Numbered from the stretch's first letter, positions 1 to 10,068 are shown. The stretch: DNA of 55,542 nucleotides from Gemmatimonadaceae bacterium (GCA_044224875.1 JBGAJQ010000033.1:1-55542); one strand, 5' to 3'. Numbers and translations: made by a program. The notes: a model not told the origin generated them from the letters alone.

Positions 1-789
1 AAGTCGGTCTCCACACGATCGCGTGGCTCACGTTTAACGGCAAGCTCGTTCCAACGGCCGTCCGCATTCGTTGACATCGTTGATGGCTGACAGGGCGCCG
101 CCGGGCGCAACTGGAATGGGTACTCCGTCTACCCAGATGTATGGGAGGTATTGGCCACCACTCGGAGCTGCCCACCCGTAGACTGCGCCGCGGGCGTCGA
201 TCCGCTTCGCGAACGTCTCCGGGCGGCCCGGAGGTGCAAGCAGAAGCTGCGGTGCCTGGCCTCGGCGCATTACGAACGCGTTGTATGCAAACGTCGTCGT
301 GTCGATGAAGAAGCCCACTAACTCGCCTGCGTCGTTGAGACCAACGGCAGCGCCGTACTGCTGGCCGAATTGCGGAGGCACCGCAATGCGAAGTTCGCGG
401 CCAGAGGCGGTCCACACCACCGGCCCGTTGTGTTCACCCACAACTACGCCGCTTTCGTTGATCCCGTACGCCTTCGATCCCGTCGCACCCTGCTGGTCCA
501 GCAGGAACTGCACGGGCCCGCCGGGCTTGTACCGAAATCCGGCAAACGTGGGAGACCAGGACTCACCCACCATCCAACCCGAGTTGTTGACTGCCGAGGC
601 ATAACCTTCGACGATGCCCGGGATGCGAGTGGCGGAGTTTGTGAGGTCCCAGTACGTAGGATGCGAGATCCCAAACCCAGTACTTGTCGCGCCTACCACT
701 ACGCCGGCGTCATTGATCCCGGTGGCCCATCCGTTGTCATCCCCTGGTGGAAACGCGAGGTATGTCGATAGCCGTCCACTGCCGAGCAC
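1..789 (-). pseudogene. HAF-type extracellular repeat (beta-propeller-like) protein; apparently 5'-truncated, frameshifted near 62, runs off the window edge
   Basis: Repeated A-x-G/A-I/V-N-D/N-x-G-x-V-V-G...W units. No signal peptide; ORF begins 11 nt after the DUF2442 stop. After ...NECG a one-base shift at 62-63 gives TAVGTSLPLNVSHAIVWRPT, which completes the repeat. Confidence 0.65.
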
Positions 790-800
790 TGAACGCTCTG

Positions 801-1106
801 TTAGGCGGCGCCACGCGAGGCGAGCCAGCGCTTGAGCGACGCTTGCGCCTCACCGGAGGGTCGGCCCGCAATCAACGCCTCGACACTGATGTCTTCATCC
901 ACATCGGGCCAATGGATCCCCTCGCCGCGGCCGATCAACCGCCAATTGCCTCGCTCGGCTGCTGTCGCGTGCACGAGCCGCGGGAACCAGACGAGCGGAA
1001 CGGAGAGCGTTCGGCCATCGACGAGGTCGACCACCAGACTGTCATCCGATACTCGGCAGCCGCCCGCCGCTGGCGGCGCTGCCAGGTCACGCGCCGAAGA
1101 AGTCAT
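801..1106 (-). CDS. DUF2442 domain protein (putative antitoxin-like partner of DUF4160)
   Basis: LVVDLVDGRTLSVPLVWFPRL...WRLIGRGEGIHWPDVDEDISVEAL matches the DUF2442 pattern; overlaps the end of the upstream DUF4160 gene. Confidence 0.9.
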   Translation of the reverse strand: MTSSARDLAAPPAAGGCRVSDDSLVVDLVDGRTLSVPLVWFPRLVHATAAERGNWRLIGRGEGIHWPDVDEDISVEALIAGRPSGEAQASLKRWLASRGAA

Positions 1107-1322
1107 TCCAAGCTCCTAGGAAAGTCTCACGATGTTCGCGCACTAGCCCGGCGATGCGGCCAAGTTCGGAGCCGCGAAAGCCGCCGCTGTCCTGCAACCG
1201 CACGGGATCCAGCCAAAACTTCGCCCAACTCTGGTCGCGCTCCACGTGAATATGTGGGGGTTCGGAGCCTTCCTGGGATAGAAGAAGCAGCGGTAGGGAC
1301 CGAGCCGGAGGACCGTAGGCAT
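1087..1322 (-). pseudogene. DUF4160 domain protein, frameshifted near 1278 (real lesion or assembly error)
   Basis: ATG at 1322 gives MPTVLRLGPYRCFFY; adding one T (TAT[T]CC) joins it to SQEGSEPPHIHVERDQSWAKFWLDPVRL, giving a typical DUF4160 sequence. Confidence 0.85.
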
Positions 1323-1619
1323 CCCGAAAGGTGGCTACGCGCCGCACGGTCTGCAACTACCGCCCTGGCGGCAGCCGCGAGGGCCTGGCAGCGCCGTTGA
1401 GACCTCACCGGCCAGTAACGTTCCAGCGGCGTACCTAACGCGGCCGCCTAACGCAGAGGGTCCAGCATGAGCACAGTGGGCCTGTCCCCCACCGAGGCCG
1501 CGTAGCATGCGATTGGATGGCCGCACTTCCTCGCGCGCCTCGGCGTTGCAGCCGGCGGCATCGACGCGGGACCCGATCCGAGGAAGACGTCGCCGCCGGG
1601 CTAGAGTGACACCGTCGAC

Positions 1620-2096
1620 CTATGTTCCCGCGTGCTCCGCCCGGTGCCACATCAGCCTCGTAATGCGCCAGCTCCCCCCTTGGCGCGCCAGGATCATCAG
1701 GTACACGTCGGTGAGGGCCTTATCCGGCTTGCCGTCGCGGCCTCGCAGCCAGCCGCCGTTGTGGCCACGTACATATGCCCAGTCGGACGCGACAACCAGC
1801 TCGTCGATCCGGCCCTCGATCGCCGGCGTGTAGTCGCGGAAGAGGGCCTGGTATCGTGGTTCGATGGCTGCGTGGCCGGCCACCGGCGCCTCATTCGGGG
1901 GGAGCAAGATCGCGGATTGAGCGTAGCAGGCGAGGACCGCAGTGAGGTCACGAGCGTTGTCGGCCTCCACGATTCCCGTTGCAACCGCCCGAACCGCCAG
2001 ACTGTCGGACACTCGCGCTTGGGCCCGCGCCGTTCCCCTCGAGGCGCCGACCATTGCCAGGCCAACGACCAGGGTTCTCACATGACGGCTGATCAC
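1620..2096 (-). CDS. Secreted NTF2-like (DUF4440/SnoaL-like) protein
   Basis: Signal-peptide-like N-terminus from GTG at 2096; EADNARDLTAVLACYAQSAILLPPN..GHAAI..Y..LF...DWAYVRG...YLMILARQGGSWRI is an NTF2-fold pattern. Start approximate. Confidence 0.8.
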   Translation of the reverse strand: MISRHVRTLVVGLAMVGASRGTARAQARVSDSLAVRAVATGIVEADNARDLTAVLACYAQSAILLPPNEAPVAGHAAIEPRYQALFRDYTPAIEGRIDELVVASDWAYVRGHNGGWLRGRDGKPDKALTDVYLMILARQGGSWRITRLMWHRAEHAGT

Positions 2097-2215
2097 TGTC
2101 TTGCACCCCCGCACGTGGTTGAGAAGCCGAACGTTGGCTTTGCGCTGCCTCGTCTCGCACACATTCACTAACATCCAATCTTCGACTCGGCCATACCGCG
2201 ATGACCACCCAGGGC

Positions 2216-5200
2216 TCAGGGCAGCTCGATCGTTAGGCTGAAAGGCTGCCAATCGCGATACGCGGTCACGAACGAGATCTTGACCTCGGCAGGGCCTGCA
2301 TCAGCCGGCGCTCGGCCTCGCAGCGTGATCACACGACGGTCGCCGTAGACCATCGGCGGCCCGGCGTACGTCCACCGCTCCGGCAGTCCCAAACGTGCGG
2401 CGTCGCCCTCGAGCAGCAAGTCATTTCCCGCACCCACCATCCACGGGACCACCCCGCGGTTGGTGAGTTCGATCTTCAGCTCAAACGGCTCGCCCGGCTT
2501 GCGAACGGTAGGCAGCACACGTATCTCGCCATCAAACTGCTTGATCGTCGCCACCTCGGCGGCGTCGAGATCGGGTTCAAAGCCGGCGTAGTCCAGCTCG
2601 TGAAACGGCGTGGTGATCTCGAGTTTGTGCGTGTCCTCCATCATGCGCCCCGGGACGTTCGCCGAGCGCCGCTGATAGTCACGCGCGAGCCGAGTGATTT
2701 CGCTCTGCATCGCGAGCAGACGCTGTCGCGCCGCTGAGGGCAGCGTTCCATCAGTGGCACGGCGGCTCGCGACGACCAGATCGTGCATCTGGCCGTACAG
2801 CTCTACCCGCCGAGCGTAGTAGCGAAAGAACGCTTCGTAGTGATTGGCATAGGCAAACCACTGCTCGCGCGTTCCGCCGCCTGCGGCACGCTGTAACACG
2901 TCAAGCGCTCGGCGGTAGGTCACGAGAGCCTGACGGGCCTCGGCCGTCACCGACTGGCGATCCGTCGTCGTGAGACCGAGCCAGTTGTAGGGGAGCAGGG
3001 GCACATCCATCAGCTCCCACAGCCGCTCATACGCTCGCGAGAATGCCAGATAACGCTCGGCGTTAGGCTTGCCGAACGTGTGCTCGCCGAACTCATATCG
3101 CAACGAGTTCACGCTCGCCGTCGGTTGCCAACCGAAGTAGCCAACGGCTTCCCACGGCAGCTCCGTCGACTCGTACGCCCCGCCGATCCAGTAACTGCTT
3201 CGATCGGAGAGCAACCGCTTCATGCGCGATGACGTCGGCAGGCGGAACGACGTGTACAGGTTGTCGAGCCAGGTGTCACCCATGGGACCAGTCGTCCGCA
3301 CGTCTCTGGTGAGGGCTCCTAACCCGCTCCCATGACCGACGATCAATAGATCCTTCGGCAGCACCGCCTCCAGCTTTGGCTCGTAGAAATCAAAGTACGG
3401 ATAGACGGCGATATCGCCCGAGAAGTTCATGCCGCGCAACAGATCGTAGATGATCAAGTACTGCTCCCACACGGGATGCTGCGTGCGCGAAGTGCTAAGG
3501 TACTGCTTCCACTCCTCCGTCTGGTCGATGCCGCCGTTGTCGTCGCGAATGAGGACGAAGCCGTCTACGGGGTACACCTCGAGCAACTCCTTGAAGTACG
3601 CATTGAGTAGTTCGCGGTACTTCGGGCTCATGAAGCGTGGGATCTTGCTGTTCCCGGGCACCGTCGCATCCGGGTACCGGTCGTGGAACGTGGTGGGAAT
3701 GGTGCCAACCGGCAGCCACAACCACACCTTCACCCCGCGATCATGCAGGTAGTTGAGCAACTTCAGCCCGTGCGCACGATGTTCGGCGAACGAGCCAAAG
3801 TTCGCCCCCGTCACCTCGTCGTGCGCGGTTGGTGACGTCGACTGCAGCTCCGGCATGTACTTGAAGAAGACCGGCATCTTCCAGTTGCTCCACATCCCCA
3901 AGTCGGTCATGACATTCATGCCGCTGCCGATCATCCCTTCCAGCGCCCGCTCCCAATCGGCGTCACTACCTAACGGAAAGTCGACTTCGTGTCCTGCCCC
4001 ACCAAAGCCGCCGGCTCGCAGGTCAACGACGGGATTCTCGGCGATCAGCGGGATTGTTGGTGCCGTGCTTCGCTTGACGTGCTCGATGATCTCACGTGTG
4101 GCTTTGTAGAGCCCGAACTTTGTGCCGGCGACAATCTCGAGGCGCCCATCTGTTGAGTCGCGACGCACAAGAAAGCCGTCGCCGGTGATGCCGTGCCGAT
4201 CGCTGTCGCTGGAAAGCCGAAGGGCGATTGTTGTGCCTGGAGCCTGCGCCGTGCCTACCTGAAAGCCTGCGCGTGTCAGGTCCTTCGCGAAGATGTTGCC
4301 GATCGACCTCGCGCTATCCGTGTACTCGAGCGCGATCGTCTTGGACACCGGCCACGAGCGGGGCGTAACCTGCACGACCAATCCCTCATCCACGAGACGG
4401 GTCAGGCTTCGCGTATCAACGCCGTCACCGTTCGGGAAGAATGCCAGGCGACGATGCCAGAAGCGCCCGTTGATGCTCTCCTCGCCCAGCTCGAACGCGA
4501 GCGTCAGAGCGCCGGTGTGCAGCAGCCCCGTGCTCTGCACTGCACTTGGATAGTCGCGAAACCCGTAGCGTGGAAAGTGCGTCTGAAAATCTGGGAGCAG
4601 CGCCTGCCTGCCCGGCAGCTTCAATGCAAGCGACGCTCCGTACCTGAGCCACGGGGAGTCGCCGGACCACGGCCGTTCATCCGCGCTGATGTCGACGATG
4701 CCGTTGACGTAGAACCGATACGTGAGGCTCATGGCCGGTGCGGGTGCCGACTCGAGCACGAAGTTCAGCTCCGTCATGGCGTCGTTCGAGGACGAAGACA
4801 CCAGACGGGCACTCGGCGAGGGAAGCGCGCGCCCCCTTTTCACCGTGGCCGGCGTGCGCACGTAGCTCGGCCCCATCCGTCTCGCGTACGAGGCAACCCC
4901 GCTGTCTACCTCGAAGAACTCGATGCCGAAAGGCGAGGTGAGGAACGATTCACCGCGCGCCGTCAGCTCGACCAGACGTCCGGTCCGCTCGTCTATGCGA
5001 GCGCGAAGCTGAGGGTAGGCAATCGTGATCGTGCCGTCATGCCGGTCGACCGCACTGCGGGCAGGGACGGCACCAGCTACAACACTGACCGTCGACCAGG
5101 TGCCGGGCCTCGAGGCCAGGCTGAACACCAGAATGTCCTCAGCGCGGGGTTGACCAACAGGGGCAACGAGGTCGGCCCGCCAGCGTGCCTTCCCCTCTCG

Positions 5201-5428
5201 CACGGCAAAAGGTACGGGCTTGCCTCCCATCGCCATGTGGATATTCGACCAGTCAATGGTGCCGGGAGCTGCCAGCTGGCCTACGGGAATCTCAACGAGC
5301 GCTGCGTCACCCCGCGAGGTCGGGTTGAGCAACCGAATGGAGGCGATGGGTGTGGTGGTCGGGCGCGAGGGTGGCGCGAAGGCGAGCGCCAACAGGGCTC
5401 CGAGCGCCGAGCGGATCACGTTGCTCAC
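2216..5428 (-). CDS. Large secreted multidomain protein, putative glycoside hydrolase (GH20/GH84-like accessory domain, TIM barrel, C-terminal Ig-like domain)
   Basis: 1070-aa ORF with signal peptide; GDGFLVRR...LEIVAGTKFGLYKA segment like hexosaminidase domain 2; GMNV...W, YLHDRGVKVWLW and DGFVLIRDD barrel-like motifs; PGEPFELKIELTNRG..W C-terminus. Confidence 0.6.
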   Translation of the reverse strand: MSNVIRSALGALLALAFAPPSRPTTTPIASIRLLNPTSRGDAALVEIPVGQLAAPGTIDWSNIHMAMGGKPVPFAVREGKARWRADLVAPVGQPRAEDILVFSLASRPGTWSTVSVVAGAVPARSAVDRHDGTITIAYPQLRARIDERTGRLVELTARGESFLTSPFGIEFFEVDSGVASYARRMGPSYVRTPATVKRGRALPSPSARLVSSSSNDAMTELNFVLESAPAPAMSLTYRFYVNGIVDISADERPWSGDSPWLRYGASLALKLPGRQALLPDFQTHFPRYGFRDYPSAVQSTGLLHTGALTLAFELGEESINGRFWHRRLAFFPNGDGVDTRSLTRLVDEGLVVQVTPRSWPVSKTIALEYTDSARSIGNIFAKDLTRAGFQVGTAQAPGTTIALRLSSDSDRHGITGDGFLVRRDSTDGRLEIVAGTKFGLYKATREIIEHVKRSTAPTIPLIAENPVVDLRAGGFGGAGHEVDFPLGSDADWERALEGMIGSGMNVMTDLGMWSNWKMPVFFKYMPELQSTSPTAHDEVTGANFGSFAEHRAHGLKLLNYLHDRGVKVWLWLPVGTIPTTFHDRYPDATVPGNSKIPRFMSPKYRELLNAYFKELLEVYPVDGFVLIRDDNGGIDQTEEWKQYLSTSRTQHPVWEQYLIIYDLLRGMNFSGDIAVYPYFDFYEPKLEAVLPKDLLIVGHGSGLGALTRDVRTTGPMGDTWLDNLYTSFRLPTSSRMKRLLSDRSSYWIGGAYESTELPWEAVGYFGWQPTASVNSLRYEFGEHTFGKPNAERYLAFSRAYERLWELMDVPLLPYNWLGLTTTDRQSVTAEARQALVTYRRALDVLQRAAGGGTREQWFAYANHYEAFFRYYARRVELYGQMHDLVVASRRATDGTLPSAARQRLLAMQSEITRLARDYQRRSANVPGRMMEDTHKLEITTPFHELDYAGFEPDLDAAEVATIKQFDGEIRVLPTVRKPGEPFELKIELTNRGVVPWMVGAGNDLLLEGDAARLGLPERWTYAGPPMVYGDRRVITLRGRAPADAGPAEVKISFVTAYRDWQPFSLTIELP

Positions 5429-5804
5429 ATTGCTCAGGATCTCGGCGGTGAGTCGCTGGGGGCCGAGTGTGGACGCGCAAGGGATGTCATCGCATTCGGC
5501 CGCGGCTGGTGGAAACTAACAAGCCCGTTTATCTCCGGCAGGAGCTGATTGTACTCCGCCTGTATGCGGGCACGTCCACGGTTCGCGGTCGAAAGCTAGG
5601 GCAACATTCATGGGCGCGGAACTTCTTCCAGGTCCCTTTCACGCCAGATCAATTTGGTTGTTGCCGCAACCATCTCGACGGACCTAGCCTATTCATGTGC
5701 CGGTTCATACAGAACCGGAAGGCCCCTAGGACGATACCCATCGCCGACGCACAATGTGAGGCCGCGATACCTGGACGAGACGCACGGCCTCCCAGTCATC
5801 ATTC

Positions 5805-8033
5805 CTACGGCACTGGAACCGGAGAGCTGGGAGGACCCCACGTGTAGGCGGCGTTGCTCACGGTGCGTGCGATGTTGGTGTAGTTGATCATCGAAAGGTC
5901 TGCCCAGGCAATTCCACCGCTGACCGGGGTCGGAACGTCGCGGTCAACGGTCGTTCCGTCGCCGACCGAGCCGTGCAAATTGTATCCCCAGCAGTATGCG
6001 GTATGAGCAGTAGTGATGCCGCAGGAATGCTCGATACCAGTCGCAATTCGCAGGAAAGTGAAGCCTCCGGAGATCACTGTGGGGACAGGGGTGTTGGTCC
6101 GACCTCCGTTGCCAAGCGCCCCGTGGTAGTTACCGCCCCAACAATACACCAGGGCTGCAACGGTCCGAGCACATGTGTGACCTCCGCCAGCACTGACCTC
6201 GGCGAACTGCAGCCCGCCTTGCACGGGTTGAGGCGTGCTCCGATTACCACCGAAGACGTTAATTCCAAGCTGTCCATCAGAGTTGTTGCCCCAGCAATAG
6301 GCTGCGTGCAGGTTGTCTATCGCACAGGTATGCTCGAAGCCAGCCGCAACCGACAGGTAGCCACTGCCGATCAATGTTGGTACGGAACGGTTGGTACTCG
6401 ACCCATCGCCGAGTTGGCCCTCATAGTTTCCGCCCCAGCAGTACAGCTGGCCGCCGACCGTCGTAGCACAGACATGAGCATTCCCTGTGGAGACTGCGTT
6501 GAAGGTCGCACTCGACTGGATTCGAGTGGGCACGTGTCGGTCTGTGGTAGTACCGTCGCCAAGCTTCCCAAACCGGTTCCAGCCCCAGCAATACACTTCA
6601 TTCCCAATCGTTAGGCCGCAAGTGTAGGCAGCACCGGCGTCGATGCGCTTGAACGCCAGCGCCCCCACAACGAGTGTGGGGATAGATCGATCCAGCGTGG
6701 TTCCATCCCCAAGCTGGCCCCATTGGTTGCTGCCCCAGCAGTACGCCGCTCCCGAGCTGTTGACGCCGCAGAAGTGCTGGTCGCCACCTGCAACGGCTAC
6801 GAAGCCGGGAGGGATTATGTTCACAAGGAGGTTCGGTGTTCCGTTAGGTACCCCAAGCACTACGTTCTGCGTGGCGTTGCCTTTGATGGCGCCCTCAACC
6901 TGCGCCGGGGACGCTTGGGGCTTTGCCTTCAAGTAGGCAAGGGCCGCGCCGGCGACGTGTGGTGCGGCCATCGAGGTCCCGTTCAGTGTCTGGCTGGCAC
7001 CGGGGGCTCCAATCCATGCGCTGGTGATCGCGATTCCCGGAGCGTAGATGTCAGTGCATGGCCCGAAATTTGAGAGTGGATCCGCAGTATCCGCGTTATC
7101 GGTCTCGTTAACGGTGAGGATCCCCTTCATGGTTCCCGTGTTGGCGGGCGAAATGGCACAAGCATCGCTGCCCGTATTGCCAGACGCAGCGACAACAACA
7201 ATGCCACTCGCTACAATGTTCCTCGTCGCCTGGTCGACTGCGGCATTGAGGGGACCTCCCAGGCTGATATTCACCACTGCCGGAAGCTGCTTGTTTTGCG
7301 GGTTGGCGATCCAATTTAGGCCTGAAATGAACGCAGCCCACGTCCCTCGCTTGTTGCAGTCGAGCACGCGTACGGGATGAAGCGTCGCCCTCTTGGCAAC
7401 GCCGTACGTGGTGCCGGCCGCAATCCCGGCGACATGCGTGCCATGCCCGTTGCAGTCCGACCAGTTCTGGTCTCCGTTGGGCGGTGCACTCACGAAGTTT
7501 ACGCCGGCGCCGATGCGCCCACTGAAGTCAGTGTGCGATCCGTTCAGACCGGTGTCGAGCAGGTACAGGTGCGTACCAACGGCGTCATTCGGTGCATAGA
7601 ACACGCCGTCAATAGGCAACTGTCGCTGGTCCATTCGGTCCAAGCCCCACGACGGTGGACTGGGTTGCACGCCGAAAATGTCCGAGTCATTGTTCGCTGC
7701 CGTGATCGGACCATCGGCGGTAACTAGCTTTACGTCGCCGCGAATCGATAGCGCCAACGCCTCGGCCTCGGTCGCGTCGATGACGAATCCCTTCAGTGCG
7801 TATGTCCAAACGACTCTCACGTGTGCGCCTGTCGACACCGTTAGGCGTAGTGCGGTCCTGGCGACGTCGCGCACACTATCGGGCACCACAACGATCCAAC
7901 CTCTTTGGGCTGGCGTACTGACCAGGTTGGATACTTGTTGTGGCTGTGTGAGCAGAGCCGCCGGCCTCTCGCCATCACATGCCATCGCGACCAGAACAAG
8001 GCCGTACAAAACGCGTATGGACCGACGCAGCAT
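5805..8033 (-). CDS. S8 subtilisin-like serine protease with I9 propeptide and C-terminal RCC1-like repeats, probable lipoprotein
   Basis: Catalytic motifs LLDTG, HGTHVAG, GTSMAAPHVAG; about six CWGxNxxGQLGDG...P repeats plus a degenerate last one; signal LVLVAMAC after ATG at 8033. Confidence 0.92.
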   Translation of the reverse strand: MLRRSIRVLYGLVLVAMACDGERPAALLTQPQQVSNLVSTPAQRGWIVVVPDSVRDVARTALRLTVSTGAHVRVVWTYALKGFVIDATEAEALALSIRGDVKLVTADGPITAANNDSDIFGVQPSPPSWGLDRMDQRQLPIDGVFYAPNDAVGTHLYLLDTGLNGSHTDFSGRIGAGVNFVSAPPNGDQNWSDCNGHGTHVAGIAAGTTYGVAKRATLHPVRVLDCNKRGTWAAFISGLNWIANPQNKQLPAVVNISLGGPLNAAVDQATRNIVASGIVVVAASGNTGSDACAISPANTGTMKGILTVNETDNADTADPLSNFGPCTDIYAPGIAITSAWIGAPGASQTLNGTSMAAPHVAGAALAYLKAKPQASPAQVEGAIKGNATQNVVLGVPNGTPNLLVNIIPPGFVAVAGGDQHFCGVNSSGAAYCWGSNQWGQLGDGTTLDRSIPTLVVGALAFKRIDAGAAYTCGLTIGNEVYCWGWNRFGKLGDGTTTDRHVPTRIQSSATFNAVSTGNAHVCATTVGGQLYCWGGNYEGQLGDGSSTNRSVPTLIGSGYLSVAAGFEHTCAIDNLHAAYCWGNNSDGQLGINVFGGNRSTPQPVQGGLQFAEVSAGGGHTCARTVAALVYCWGGNYHGALGNGGRTNTPVPTVISGGFTFLRIATGIEHSCGITTAHTAYCWGYNLHGSVGDGTTVDRDVPTPVSGGIAWADLSMINYTNIARTVSNAAYTWGPPSSPVPVP

Positions 8034-8254
8034 CTTGACACCATTCGGCTGATTGTATCCAACAATGCTCCACCCCGCGCGCCCGACTGTCAAGGTCGTC
8101 GATCGCTCGTCACGTGCAACGACCGTTAGACCGCTTGAGGGTACAAACCGGGCAGATAGGTAACAGATCGAAGCGACGGTGGTGTCACGATTGTTGTTGC
8201 TGTCGGTCATGTGCTGTCCAGGACGCGGTGGTGGAGGGCGGGTTCAGCACAAAG

Positions 8255-8530
8255 TCCTGCACCCACTCACCATCGCCGATCAGCGCTCGCAATTCCTCCC
8301 CACCTGCAACAGCGTCCTGTACACGCATGCGGCGCTCGCTCGGCCCGAGTTCGAACGGCTTTCCAGCAGTTTGGGGTGCCGTTAGCGCAGCGCGCCCCGT
8401 CCTCCCAGCGCCACATTGGCCGCCCAGCAACCTGCCTTCAACGAATTCTGCACGGAGTACAACACCACACCGGCCGCATGCCCGCCTGCCGATGCAACGC
8501 GGCCGTCAGCTACCAGGCTTTCCCGAGTGA
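8255..8530 (+). mobile_element. Decayed IS481-like transposase (integrase core) fragment
   Basis: Pieced across frames: HPLTIADQRSQFLPTC..YTHAALARPEFERL / FQQFGVPLAQR / AAQQPAFNEFCTEYNTT / RPHARLPMQR / VSYQAFP, resembling IS481 motifs YPLTxxDxxSRxLL, FERxFxxYGLP and EYNxxRPH. Confidence 0.7.
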
Positions 8531-8852
8531 CCATCCGGCCCGGCTGCCCGCCAGGCCCCTGGATAATGATTGAAGGTCGCCGCCTAACGGAGTGTAGCCT
8601 GCAGCAAAGAGACCCTGCAGCCGGGCTGCCACAGGAATTCGGTTTCTTTCCGCCGAAATACTCAGTGACTGGTCAGCTCAACGCAGACAGGAGGGACCGC
8701 AGCAGTCGCAAGGCGTCTGGCGTGTTGATCCGCTTCGACAAGCTCTCCCAGGCGTGGGAACCCCACCGCCCCAGCAGGTTGCTCTTCCCGATATCGCGGT
8801 CCGTGGCGCCATCAGACTTGTCCGCCGGACCCTCCGCAGTATCCGCCGGCAT

Positions 8853-9278
8853 TCAGTCCGCACGGAGACGGTGGAGCAGGCGGTCCAGCGCGGCGCGAAC
8901 AAATCGCGCGTAGCCATCGTCGTCAGGCAAGGCTTCGAGACTCCGATATCCCCGTTGCGCGAGCGCTTCGGCCTTCTCAAGACGCGCGTCGAGTCGGTAC
9001 GACTCCGCGAGATTCAGACACAGCGACGGCAACAGCGTTGCAGCGCGATCATCGGTCACCGCCTCGGCATGCTTGAGCGCGCGCTCATTCCACTCCAGCG
9101 TGGCGCGCGGTGTGGCCTGGTGTCGTGCGACAAAGTGCGCGGCGACACTCGCGTCAAAATCATCTCGCCGCGCCGCCCATGCTTGTTCAAAGAGGGCGAG
9201 TGCTCGAGTGGGCTCGCCATCGACTTCCATGCCGGCCGCGCACAATCGAATTACCGGATTGTCCGGATCGAAAGACAT
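8853..9278 (-). CDS. Small TPR-like helical protein (family I recall often labelled 'rRNA adenine methyltransferase' and found near or fused to Arr)
   Basis: MxFDPxNPVIRLCAxGM...ALALFEQAW...AAHFVARHQ...PSLxLNLA...LPDDxGY pattern; no SAM-binding motif visible. Confidence 0.75.
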   Translation of the reverse strand: MSFDPDNPVIRLCAAGMEVDGEPTRALALFEQAWAARRDDFDASVAAHFVARHQATPRATLEWNERALKHAEAVTDDRAATLLPSLCLNLAESYRLDARLEKAEALAQRGYRSLEALPDDDGYARFVRAALDRLLHRLRAD

Positions 9279-9537
9279 GAGATCAAATCCGTTGCGAAGC
9301 TACGGCCATCGTCCGGTCACCGACGATCCCGCAATGAGTGTGGCGCCGATCGACAAGCATAGTTGGCAGACGCAGAGGCTCGCCGTTGAGAGTGGCGCTT
9401 GTGGTGCGCCTGCCACCACGCGCTGCCGAAGGGCGCTGCGCGGCCAACGGGAGTATACGGTGACAGCAGCATGCTTTGTTGGGCCGATGGCGCCGGATGC
9501 CGGCACCAGCTCTTTGGCTCGCATGGCCGCCTGCTGG

Positions 9538-10068
9538 TTAGAGCCGGGCCATTGCTTTCTGCACCAGTGCCCCGACCGTTATCAGGGACGGAAGCGCGCC
9601 GACAGGCCCAATCACATCCACCTCCACATAGCCCTCGCCACGGGTGACACTGCAAGTCGAATGGCTTGCAACGTTCGGCCGCCCGGTCAGAATGCACAGG
9701 GCAGCGCCAACCTTCGCCTGTTCCAGCCTTGCGCCGGGACTCTTCCACTGAGGCTCGGATGCTGTGCCGGTGTTGCGAATGGCTATCGCTTGCGCGCCGT
9801 CCATGCCCAGCTTCGTAACGATGCGAACGGCGACTGGATGAGTCGCGCCGGGGGCAACCAGGACCACATTGCATTCATGGAGAGACATTCCTAGAACCGA
9901 CTGCACCGTGCCGGTGGGTGCGCGGGACGCCTTGCCACCGATCGCGGCCTCGAGCTCCCCGACCTGAAGCAGGCGGCAGGCGGAGGATCCCTGCTGCTCC
10001 AGCAGACGACTTGGCTCGAGCAGCACGCCAACGACGAACAGCGAGGGTAAGAGCGCGAGACGATACAT
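9538..10068 (-). CDS. Hypothetical exported protein with four Cys
   Basis: GGAGA ribosome-binding site before ATG at 10068; hydrophobic N-terminus; ACRLL..ELEAAIG start of mature domain. Confidence 0.65.
   Translation of the reverse strand: MYRLALLPSLFVVGVLLEPSRLLEQQGSSACRLLQVGELEAAIGGKASRAPTGTVQSVLGMSLHECNVVLVAPGATHPVAVRIVTKLGMDGAQAIAIRNTGTASEPQWKSPGARLEQAKVGAALCILTGRPNVASHSTCSVTRGEGYVEVDVIGPVGALPSLITVGALVQKAMARL

Noticed and set aside
8670..8850. Protein-like minus-strand stretch (..GKSNLLGRWGSHAWESLSKRINTPDALRLL..)
   Set aside because: No start codon or recognisable family; cannot be supported as a gene.
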